A stretch of 64,000 nt of DNA from positions 1,367 to 65,366 of the IMG/VR virus record IMGVR_UViG_3300022666_000141. One strand, given 5' to 3'. Shown here one piece after another: positions 44,717 to 52,966 of the stretch. Under the pieces are notes generated by a model. That model made no database searches. It saw only the letters and a list, made by a program, of their open reading frames with translations, and was not told the origin of the DNA. Both the position numbers and the translations under genes were made by a program. Every line of letters begins with the position of its first letter. The stretch's first letter is position 1. Source of the DNA: a virus (lineage: Duplodnaviria; Caudoviricetes).

Positions 44717-45355
44717 ATGGCAAAGAAGAATGAGGTAAAAGAAGAAGTAAAAGAAACCGGTCCCGAGTTTGTTCGGGAAGACGCCGTCAAGGTTGCCGAA
44801 GTTCTCAACGAAATCCTGGGCCTCGAAGATGATGACGTGATTGACGTCGAAGCTGAAGACACCGTTCTCCAGGAAGCAATCGGCAAAGCCGCTGGGCTGA
44901 TCGGAATGGATCCCAAAACCAATGCATTCAGCTCCAAACTCGCCGCCAAAGATAAGGAAGACCTCGGCGCCGAGACGTGGGAATATCTGGAGAAGTTCGA
45001 ACTTCTCGGACACATCCCCGAAGAAAAAGAAGACAAGCCGGCCGAGAAAAGCAAGAAGGACAAGCCCAAGAAAGAAAAAGATCCCAACGCTCCGAAACGC
45101 CAGGCTCCGAAACGCGAAGGTCCTCGAACGGCTCTCGGTTGTTTCGAAGGCACCCAGGCCGGTTTCATGGACGAACTGTTCCTGAAAGGAACCACGGAAG
45201 ACGCCGCCATCGCGGCATTCGACAAAGAATTCTCCAGCGGCGCCGCGAAAGCGAAAGCTCGTTTCAAATCCCACCTCAAACACCTGGAAGACAAGAACGG
45301 TGTTGAAATCGTCCAGGACAAGAAGGGCGTATACACCGCCAAAGTAACCAAGTAA
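44717..45355 (+). CDS. Highly charged hypothetical protein, probably highly expressed (acidic N-terminus, Lys-rich linker, helical C-domain)
   Basis: GGAGG RBS, GC-rich codons, own promoter and terminator. Confidence 0.75.
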   Translation: MAKKNEVKEEVKETGPEFVREDAVKVAEVLNEILGLEDDDVIDVEAEDTVLQEAIGKAAGLIGMDPKTNAFSSKLAAKDKEDLGAETWEYLEKFELLGHIPEEKEDKPAEKSKKDKPKKEKDPNAPKRQAPKREGPRTALGCFEGTQAGFMDELFLKGTTEDAAIAAFDKEFSSGAAKAKARFKSHLKHLEDKNGVEIVQDKKGVYTAKVTK

Positions 45356-45387
45356 TTTCATCGAAGCCGGTTTCGGCAGCGTCAATG

Positions 45388-45419
45388 AGTGCGGGGTGTC
45401 AATACCCCGCACTGTTTCC
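45388..45419 (+). terminator. Rho-independent terminator
   Basis: AGTGCGGGGT-GTCAAT-ACCCCGCACT followed by GTTTCCT. Confidence 0.7.
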
Positions 45420-45469
45420 TTACCACAAGAAACTTGTATTTACAAAAACGAATGTGAAAGGACCTTTTT

Positions 45470-45658
45470 ATGCCAAGGACAAGATTTCCAGTGAAATTGA
45501 ATGGAAAATACCTGTCGTTCAAGGAATCCAGGGAATTCGAGAAACTCTACCCGCCACCCCCCTTACTAACTCCTGCACAGCTTGAAGAAAAACGCAGCCG
45601 AGAATATAATGTTCCTGATACGTCCCACGTAAAAAGTCGGGCGGAATTCGGTCATTGA
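45470..45658 (+). CDS. Small hypothetical protein
   Basis: 62-aa ORF with AAGGA RBS. Confidence 0.5.
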   Translation: MPRTRFPVKLNGKYLSFKESREFEKLYPPPPLLTPAQLEEKRSREYNVPDTSHVKSRAEFGH

Positions 45659-45673
45659 CCAGGAAGGATTTCC

Positions 45674-46606
45674 ATGCAAAAACCTATGCAAGATTGCGTC
45701 TATTTGACGCATGATGAAGTATACGCCGTTGCGAAAGACCTTGCATCTAGGTTGCCGGATAAAGCGCGTCTTTATCCAGTTCCTCGAGGAGGTGTACCTG
45801 TTGCATATCTTTTAAAAAGTTTCCGTCCCGATTGCATTATTATGGATTATCCAGAGAACGCTAACGTAATTGTTGACGACATCATTGATTCTGGAACTAC
45901 CCGAAAATTATACCCCAATCAAACGTTCTTTGCGTTGTATGCGAAACCTTTTACCCCCTCATTCAAAAATTATCTCATGCTCTGTTCAGGAACTTCTTTT
46001 GGAAGAGGTCTTCTTAATGAATGGGTCGTTTTTCCATGGGAGGGTACGGAAGAGAAATCCGCCGAGGATATTGTCACACGGCTTCTACAGTTCATAGGAG
46101 AAGATCCTTCCAGGGAAGGCCTCCAAGAGACACCAAAACGATTTCTGAAAGCATGGAAATTCTGGACGAAAGGATATCGGGAAGATCCTGCGGAGATCAT
46201 GAAAGTGTTTGAAGACGGTGGAGAAGCCTATGATGAAATGGTGATCGTGAAAGATATTCCATTCTATTCTTTCTGTGAGCACCACCTTGCAGCCATCATC
46301 GGAACGGCGTCCATCGCGTATATCCCAAATGGAAAGATTCTCGGTCTCAGTAAGATGCCTCGAGTTGTAGAAATCTTTGCCAGAAGACTTCAGGTACAAG
46401 AGCGTCTTACTGCACAAATTGCTGATTGTCTTATGGAACACCTCAATCCTAAAGGCGTTGGAGTTTTCATGCGGGCTCGACATCTTTGTATGGAAAGCCG
46501 GGGTGTCGAGAAACCCGGATCAGAAACCGTAACGATTGCCGTCAGGGGCGGATTCAAAACAAACCCAGAGACCAGGGCTGAATTCATGTCCATGGTCTCG
46601 AAATGA
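45674..46606 (+). CDS. folE: Purine phosphoribosyltransferase-GTP cyclohydrolase I fusion
   Basis: N-terminal [15 protein letters not shown] (PRPP loop) and WVVFPWE; C-terminal [33 protein letters not shown]. Confidence 0.92.
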   Translation: MQKPMQDCVYLTHDEVYAVAKDLASRLPDKARLYPVPRGGVPVAYLLKSFRPDCIIMDYPENANVIVDDIIDSGTTRKLYPNQTFFALYAKPFTPSFKNYLMLCSGTSFGRGLLNEWVVFPWEGTEEKSAEDIVTRLLQFIGEDPSREGLQETPKRFLKAWKFWTKGYREDPAEIMKVFEDGGEAYDEMVIVKDIPFYSFCEHHLAAIIGTASIAYIPNGKILGLSKMPRVVEIFARRLQVQERLTAQIADCLMEHLNPKGVGVFMRARHLCMESRGVEKPGSETVTIAVRGGFKTNPETRAEFMSMVSK

Positions 46607-46613
46607 GCAATTC

Positions 46614-47612
46614 ATGAAAATAGTTAAGGCTGAGATATTATGGTCACGCAGATGTCCCTTACAATGTGATTACTGCGCGATGGCGACAGGAATAAAGAAC
46701 AGTCTCCCAACGTGGGCCTGGAAACAAGGAATGCGGGAACTCAAGAAATTGGGTTGTGAATTCGCAGCGTTCTATGGCGCCGAACCATTGGTGGAATTCA
46801 ATAAACTTCCAGACATCGTTGGATTTACCGAAAGCATCGGAATTAATACAACCATCATTACTTCTGGTTGTGTTCCATCATTTCACGAAAAGTTGCGAAT
46901 ACTGTATAACAACGGAGCTCGTAGCATTAGCATGTCCCATGATATGGTTCCGATTGGAAGTGATAGTGAAAGAAAGATGTCTAGGACAGTCGAATCTCTC
47001 CAGTATTTCCAATCCTTGGGAAGTAATGTTCGGGATGTTGCTGCCATTGCAACGTTGACGAGGGAGAATTTCCAGGAACTTCCTGATTTTATCAGACGCA
47101 TGACTTCTAGGGGAATTTGGGTGTTCTTCGATTTCATTCACCCATATCGACACCAACCAGGAGCAAAGACTCGTTCCAATACAAGGACAGATCAATTGAT
47201 CTTTCGTTGCATCGATTATCCCGCATTACAAGAAATACTGGAGGAAGTCCTGGATTTGAAAAATCGAGGGTATCTGTGCCATTCCAGTCGACCTTTCCTG
47301 GACATCGTCTCCAGACATGATTTCAGTATCTTAAAAAACATGTCTTGGAACTGTGCGTTGGAAGAAAACTTTCCAGCATGGTTGACCATCGACTGTGATG
47401 GAACAGTTCATGCCTGCGACGACTTCCAACTGTCACATCGATTCAAAATCACGGACATATCCCAAACATTTGAAGACTTCTCTAAAGAACACCAGGAACT
47501 CGTGACTGCACATTGTCCTGGTTGTTGTTGGAATACACATATCGATGCACATCTTGTTAAGGCAGGAAGACTGTCAATCAATGACTATGTGCACGGATTG
47601 GAGAAGAAATGA
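46614..47612 (+). CDS. Radical SAM protein with C-terminal SPASM/twitch-like Cys
   Basis: CPLQCDYC, GAEPL, later CH..C...DCDG..HACD...CPGCCWN; start set at MKIVKA. Confidence 0.85.
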   Translation: MKIVKAEILWSRRCPLQCDYCAMATGIKNSLPTWAWKQGMRELKKLGCEFAAFYGAEPLVEFNKLPDIVGFTESIGINTTIITSGCVPSFHEKLRILYNNGARSISMSHDMVPIGSDSERKMSRTVESLQYFQSLGSNVRDVAAIATLTRENFQELPDFIRRMTSRGIWVFFDFIHPYRHQPGAKTRSNTRTDQLIFRCIDYPALQEILEEVLDLKNRGYLCHSSRPFLDIVSRHDFSILKNMSWNCALEENFPAWLTIDCDGTVHACDDFQLSHRFKITDISQTFEDFSKEHQELVTAHCPGCCWNTHIDAHLVKAGRLSINDYVHGLEKK

Positions 47613-48307
47613 AGACACCAATACTTCTATTCTCAGGCGGCATCGATTCCTACGTAGCCTGGCATTATCTTCACAAACCACAAACACTGTATTTCGATTT
47701 GGGCACACCGTATTCTGCCAAAGAACGGAAATTCGTGGAACAGCTTATTCCAGGAACCATCATCGATGAATCTCTTCGAATCGGGGACCGGCAAATTGGT
47801 GACAACGCCTACATTCCATTCCGCAACCTGATGTTATCCTGCCTGGCGTACAAATATGGCAACCCAATCATTATTGCCGGTGTCAAGGACGACGTTGTTA
47901 GCGACAAGAACGCTGTTGCATTCGATGCGTTCTCGAGGTTGTTGTCCATGTTGGAAGGACAGACTATACGGGTTGTCAGTCCTTTCTGGGAAATGACCAA
48001 AACACAAATAGTCAGATGGTACCTTCAACAAGGACTGTTAGAAGAAGATCTTCTCAAAACCATCTCTTGTTACAGTCCTATCGATACGAATTACTGCGGC
48101 ATGTGTCCCAGTTGTTTCCGCAAATGGTGTGCTCTTCGAGCGAACGGAATAAATATCACGTTCTATAATGATCAACTCATGGATGATTATGTAGAACGGG
48201 CAAGGGCAGGTGTCTATGATACTGAACGCAATGAAAATATTCTTGCGCAGGTGGAATATTACAAGAAGGAGCTCGAAACTGCAATTGAGAATAGCGGTCG
48301 ACATTGA
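47609..48307 (+). CDS. queC: 7-cyano-7-deazaguanine synthase
   Basis: LLFSGGIDS, YIPFRN, SPFWEMTK, TISCY, CGMCPSCFRK. Confidence 0.9.
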   Translation: MKTPILLFSGGIDSYVAWHYLHKPQTLYFDLGTPYSAKERKFVEQLIPGTIIDESLRIGDRQIGDNAYIPFRNLMLSCLAYKYGNPIIIAGVKDDVVSDKNAVAFDAFSRLLSMLEGQTIRVVSPFWEMTKTQIVRWYLQQGLLEEDLLKTISCYSPIDTNYCGMCPSCFRKWCALRANGINITFYNDQLMDDYVERARAGVYDTERNENILAQVEYYKKELETAIENSGRH

Positions 48308-48569
48308 TGGAGTGTTAACAAACGAGACGGAAGGGCACGACTACAAAACCCGAACTCCAAATTTCGATAACATCAACAAGGTTCGAAAAGCATATCATGA
48401 TGGACATGCAATCATTCTGTTCACGTCCAGATTCTCCCAGGATAGAAAAGTAACAATACAATGGCTGAAGAAGTATGGAGTTCCATTCCACAAACTCATT
48501 CTTGATAAACCTCAATATGATCATTTTGTGGACGACAAGGCATCATCAGATTTTCCGGAGGACTTATGA
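48285..48569 (+). CDS. Small HAD-superfamily phosphatase
   Basis: IAVDIDGVL, LFTSR, KP..D.FVDDK; probable TTG start. Confidence 0.75.
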   Translation: MRIAVDIDGVLTNETEGHDYKTRTPNFDNINKVRKAYHDGHAIILFTSRFSQDRKVTIQWLKKYGVPFHKLILDKPQYDHFVDDKASSDFPEDL

Positions 48570-49342
48570 TCATCCCATTTTTCCTTGATTCTGGTGCATT
48601 CTCAGCAAAGAATCAAGGTATTGAAATCGACCTGAGAAAATACATCAAGTTCATTAAAGAGAATGAAGATGTGATAACAACGTATGCAAACTTGGATGTA
48701 ATCGGGGATGCTGAGGCTTCTTGGAGAAACCAACGTCGCATGGAAAACGCAGGACTCAATCCCCTTCCAGTATTCCACGTAGAAGACGATATGAAATACT
48801 TGGATCGGTGTTTGGAATATGAGCATTTCTGTCTTGGAGGCATGGCCAAGGGTTACACGACTTCCCAACGAGAAGCTTTCTTGCATCGTTGTTGGTGTAG
48901 AATTTGTGACACTCCTGATCAAATGCCTAAGAGTAAAGTTCATGGTTTTGGAATGACTGCTCTTCCACTCATCAAACGTTATCCTTGGTATTCTGTCGAT
49001 TCCACTACATGGCTCATGTTAGCAGCAAATGGAAATGTGCTTGTTCCTAAATTCAGAAGGGGGGAATTCCAATACGGGGATGTGCCACATATCGTTGCCG
49101 TATCAAACAAATCCAAGGACGTGAACATCCCTGGAAGTATGCACGTTGATACGTTTCCTCCCATGGCGAAGAAACAGATTTTGGATTATTTTGAGATGCG
49201 AGGGTTTTCATACGAGGACATACAAACAAACTATATTACTCGGGGAGATGTTACCATGACATTCTTATATGAATTCAGTAGGCATCTCCCCGAATGGCCC
49301 TGGCCGTTTAAGGCAAGGAGAAGGGAAGGACTTCTGATATGA
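48566..49342 (+). CDS. dpdA: DNA 7-deazaguanine transglycosylase (TGT-like)
   Basis: FLDSGAFS, ANLDVIG, PLPVFH, CLGG, VHGFG, PWYSVDSTTW. Confidence 0.88.
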   Translation: MIIPFFLDSGAFSAKNQGIEIDLRKYIKFIKENEDVITTYANLDVIGDAEASWRNQRRMENAGLNPLPVFHVEDDMKYLDRCLEYEHFCLGGMAKGYTTSQREAFLHRCWCRICDTPDQMPKSKVHGFGMTALPLIKRYPWYSVDSTTWLMLAANGNVLVPKFRRGEFQYGDVPHIVAVSNKSKDVNIPGSMHVDTFPPMAKKQILDYFEMRGFSYEDIQTNYITRGDVTMTFLYEFSRHLPEWPWPFKARRREGLLI

Positions 49343-49557
49343 TATTCTATTTCGCTGGATCCCGCTCTGTATGTGAAATCGAGGATACTGGACACCTCAT
49401 GAACCTTCCTGATTTCACGAAACATTGCGGTGTGCTACAATCGTTCTTTGACGGAAGCTCCACGCGACGGAGAGTCAAGAACCTCAAGGAGAGAGGCAAT
49501 GGAAGAAAGTGTGAGACAGAAGGAACATTGGCCGGCAAAATGGATGACAACGGATAA
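49339..49557 (+). CDS. Small protein coupled to dpdA
   Basis: MIFYFAG...LQSFF; ATGA overlap with the dpdA stop. Confidence 0.45.
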   Translation: MIFYFAGSRSVCEIEDTGHLMNLPDFTKHCGVLQSFFDGSSTRRRVKNLKERGNGRKCETEGTLAGKMDDNG

Positions 49558-50017
49558 GGACATTCGCGCCATGTTGCACAAGTACCCGCATTTCGTGCCA
49601 ATACTTAATGTCATGATGCGCGAGCGAAACCATCTGAGTTATGGAGAATCGCTGATACTGGCGGAAAAAAGAGGTTTTGAAACACACAAAGATGCAAATG
49701 GGCAAGAGCGCCATGTTGCGCTGCTGCCCGAAACACTGACACCTAAGGTAATAGCGAAAGAAATCGGAAAGTCGGTTTCGCTTGTCCATAAGTACCTGAA
49801 AGCCATGATCGACATTGGGGTCTTGATGCGGAGTCGCCAAACAGGACCAAATGCGTATTCAGTGTATTCGATTGGCTACTGGGTCGAATGGGAGAATAGA
49901 TGTAGGATTATGCTTTATTTACAAGAAAAACTATATGGCAAGAAAGGCCCTCTGTATCAAGAACTCTTGAGTTTCAATATTGAATTTAATAAAAATTACA
50001 TCAGGAGGAGTTCATGA
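49499..50017 (+). CDS. HTH-containing hypothetical protein
   Basis: TPKVIAKEIGKSVSLVHKYLKAMIDIG, a wHTH pattern. Confidence 0.6.
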   Translation: MEESVRQKEHWPAKWMTTDKDIRAMLHKYPHFVPILNVMMRERNHLSYGESLILAEKRGFETHKDANGQERHVALLPETLTPKVIAKEIGKSVSLVHKYLKAMIDIGVLMRSRQTGPNAYSVYSIGYWVEWENRCRIMLYLQEKLYGKKGPLYQELLSFNIEFNKNYIRRSS

Positions 50018-51054
50018 AGGTAAATCGTAAACATCTTATCGACATTCTACAACTTGTTAAACCGGGACTTGCTTCCAGAGAAATCGTTGAACAAACAGCC
50101 AGTTTTGTTTTCTATGATGGTCAAATCATCACGTACAACGAGACTATCGGAATCCGGCACAAGTTGGCATCGGATTTGAAAGAACTGGATGGTATCGCTA
50201 TTCAAGCGAAAGAATTATACGATCTGGCCAGTAAACTCTCAGACGAAGAAATCAATTTCACGGTAAAAGAATCAGAACTCATCGTCTCCGGCAAGAAGTC
50301 AAAAGCTGGAATCAGGTTGCAGGAAGCAAACATCAAAGACTGGCTCAAAGATATGGGCAAGCCCAAAGACTGGGATGAACTTCCAGCGTCCTTCTGCAAC
50401 GCTCTCAGCTTCTGCGCATTCTCAACTACACGCAATTTGACTGAAGCCGTATTGACTTGTATCTACATGAATAAATCAACCGCGGTCTCTTCGGACAATA
50501 TCAGAGTCACAAGTTATGATCTGGGGAAAAAGACGAATCTCCCCGAGATGCTGCTTCCAGTAATATCAATCATGTCCGTTATCGATTACAACCCTCTGGA
50601 ATACTCCATGGATGAGGGGTGGATTCATTTCAGGAACGAACATGGCACAATTTACAGTTGCCGCAGGATAGAAGCAGATTATCCTGTCAACACAGCTCTG
50701 AAACATCTCAAAGAAATTGAAGGTCCAGTAATCAAATTGCCGGATAATCTGATTGATATCTTGTCACGTGCTGGAATTTTCTCGTCCCGTGACAGTAAGA
50801 TCTCGGTGGATAACCGAGTTCGAATAACCCTCTCGGATGGTATGTTGACAGTAAGGGGTGAAGGTTCGGGCGGATGGTTCGAGGAAACAAGTCGAATTCG
50901 ATATAAAGGTGATGAAATTGCCTTCGAAACCAATCCAGACCATCTCAACGCCATCTTACAACATACCAATGAAATGATCATCGGTTCTTCCGCTCTCAAA
51001 TTCGAGGGTGAGAATTTCCAGCATATGATATCCGGCATCGCAAGCATCGACTGA
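50014..51054 (+). CDS. Sliding clamp, DNA Pol III beta-like
   Basis: 346 aa; three-domain pattern with SSDNIR, RRIEADYP and NPDHL..IL. Confidence 0.75.
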   Translation: MKVNRKHLIDILQLVKPGLASREIVEQTASFVFYDGQIITYNETIGIRHKLASDLKELDGIAIQAKELYDLASKLSDEEINFTVKESELIVSGKKSKAGIRLQEANIKDWLKDMGKPKDWDELPASFCNALSFCAFSTTRNLTEAVLTCIYMNKSTAVSSDNIRVTSYDLGKKTNLPEMLLPVISIMSVIDYNPLEYSMDEGWIHFRNEHGTIYSCRRIEADYPVNTALKHLKEIEGPVIKLPDNLIDILSRAGIFSSRDSKISVDNRVRITLSDGMLTVRGEGSGGWFEETSRIRYKGDEIAFETNPDHLNAILQHTNEMIIGSSALKFEGENFQHMISGIASID

Positions 51055-51065
51055 AAGGGTATTTC

Positions 51066-52286
51066 ATGGGACTGTTCGAACATGCTGAAATAGCAACAAC
51101 AAAACAAATTTCTAAACTCCCTGGATGTGGGGCTTGTAAACTTCACAAGACGTGCCGTTCTCCAAAGATACCTGCTTCTGGTAAAGGTGAGAAGGGAATT
51201 CTAATCATTGCCGAAGCTCCAGGAGAAGATGAAGATCGACAAGGCACGCAGTTAGTTGGAGAACCCGGACAACTTCTACGGCGTCAACTAAGAAAGTTGG
51301 GAATTGAGCTTGACAGGGATTGCAGAAAAATCAATGTCATAGCGTGTCGGCCAATCGGTGACAGACCAATAACAAACCAAGAAATCGAGTACTGCCGGCC
51401 ACTGGTTTGGAAGGAAATCAATCAGTTCAAACCAAAACTTATCATTCTACTCGGAAATAGTGCCCTAGAGTCTTTTCTAGGACACCGTTGGAAGAAGGAT
51501 TTGGGCGGTATCTTGAAATGGAGAGGTTGGACAATCCCAGATCGAGAATTGGAAACATGGGTTTGTCCAACCCTGCACCCGGCTGCAGTGATAAAGAATA
51601 ATGATAAGTCCCCCGTCCTTGAACTTCTATGGTCCAGAGATATCGAAAGAGCTATCGATTTACTAGCTGTACGTGTCTACAAACCGATTATATCTGAGCA
51701 CAGCACCATAGAGATTATCCAGGATAAGAAATCCTTGCAAAACTTCCTTTCCGGAGTTTATGAATGGGAGAAATTCATTGCGATTGACTACGAAACGACG
51801 GGACTTAAACCTCATGCAGAAGGACATAGAATTGTATCATGCTCAATAACGTGTGAAAGTGACAGAACTTGTGCATTTATGATGCCCGAGGAAGGAAAGA
51901 ATAGGTCTCTTCTCCGTAAAATTCTGATGGAACCCAGGATTAAGAAAGCAGCCCATAACATGAAATTTGAAGACAACTGGTCCTGGGAGTATTTACGGTG
52001 TGAGGTAGAGGGTTGGGCATGGGATAGTATGCTTGCTGCGCACATAATTGATAACAGAGAAAATATAACGGGACTTAAATTTCAAGTTTATGTACACTTT
52101 GGAGTTCTTCCATACAATGAACACATTGAACCGTTCTTGAAAGGGGATGGTTCTGCGGGAGCAAACAGTCCCAATACTATACACAAGATACCTACGAAAG
52201 ATTTATTGCTTTACAATGGTTTAGATACATTATTCGAAAAACGTCTTGCTTTCATACAGATGTCTAAATTAGGATTTCAGATATAA
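51066..52286 (+). CDS. Family-4 UDG-like domain + 3'-5' exonuclease (N-terminal half of the phage PolA)
   Basis: CGAC, AEAPG, CRP, HPAA; exonuclease DYETTG, HNMKFE, DSMLAAH, YNGLD. Confidence 0.85.
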   Translation: MGLFEHAEIATTKQISKLPGCGACKLHKTCRSPKIPASGKGEKGILIIAEAPGEDEDRQGTQLVGEPGQLLRRQLRKLGIELDRDCRKINVIACRPIGDRPITNQEIEYCRPLVWKEINQFKPKLIILLGNSALESFLGHRWKKDLGGILKWRGWTIPDRELETWVCPTLHPAAVIKNNDKSPVLELLWSRDIERAIDLLAVRVYKPIISEHSTIEIIQDKKSLQNFLSGVYEWEKFIAIDYETTGLKPHAEGHRIVSCSITCESDRTCAFMMPEEGKNRSLLRKILMEPRIKKAAHNMKFEDNWSWEYLRCEVEGWAWDSMLAAHIIDNRENITGLKFQVYVHFGVLPYNEHIEPFLKGDGSAGANSPNTIHKIPTKDLLLYNGLDTLFEKRLAFIQMSKLGFQI

Positions 52287-52296
52287 GGAGGAGCAC

Positions 52297-52545
52297 GTGC
52301 ATCGTTGTTATCGGATGGTAAAATCAGCCTTGTTCGCTTTATACAGATACATTGTCTGGAGACGTTGCCAGAGAGTGAATCCTGAAATCAGATCTATTCG
52401 ATTTCGTGAATGTCTTCTGTGTAAATACATATCCCACAAGCCTCATATCTTTCAATTCATGCGATTTCGATGCATAGAATGTGGTTGTTATGTTAATCTT
52501 AAAACCTGGTGCATTGATGAGAAATGTCCGATGGGAAGGTGGTGA
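52297..52545 (+). CDS. Small Cys-rich protein (C..C...CIECGC..K...CP.GRW)
   Basis: AGGAGG RBS and GTG start; lies within the polymerase split. Confidence 0.6.
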   Translation: MHRCYRMVKSALFALYRYIVWRRCQRVNPEIRSIRFRECLLCKYISHKPHIFQFMRFRCIECGCYVNLKTWCIDEKCPMGRW

Positions 52546-52546
52546 C

Positions 52547-52966
52547 ATGAAAATCACAGATATCGAAGAACATGCAGATGTCGAAGAATACGAATTCAAT
52601 GAAACCCGAGAAGAATTCATCGCCCGTATGATAGATGAGGGTTTTATGGTCGTCGAACCAAAACCCAACGAATTATTCATTGATATCGATAACGACGAAC
52701 AGTATCGGATATTCAATAAGAATTTTGAAATCCTGCAACGGGAATACAAATCAGCATGTATCTCATACGACAAACCATCAAAGAGCGGTTTGCCCCGGCG
52801 CCATATCATAGTTTGCATGCCTTGGCGTCTCAGGGATATCGAACGCATCGCTTGGCAAGGGGCTCTTGGATCTGATCCTACAAGAGAATTGGTATCCTGC
52901 ATTAGATTAAAACGAGACACTGTCAAACCAACAATCTTCATTGAGAAACCGGAAGGACAGGTATGA
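52547..52966 (+). CDS. Small acidic protein with AEP/PrimPol-like motifs
   Basis: LFIDID and SKSG..RHII; ATGA-coupled to the polymerase domain. Confidence 0.5.
   Translation: MKITDIEEHADVEEYEFNETREEFIARMIDEGFMVVEPKPNELFIDIDNDEQYRIFNKNFEILQREYKSACISYDKPSKSGLPRRHIIVCMPWRLRDIERIAWQGALGSDPTRELVSCIRLKRDTVKPTIFIEKPEGQV

Noticed and set aside
44638-45412. Long minus-strand ORFs (237 and 251 aa)
   Set aside because: Shadows of the GC-rich plus-strand gene, which has the promoter, RBS and terminator.
52287-52962. Group I intron or intein in the polymerase
   Set aside because: No homing-endonuclease motif or recognisable intron core; both inserted ORFs and the pol half have their own starts. RT-PCR would settle it.
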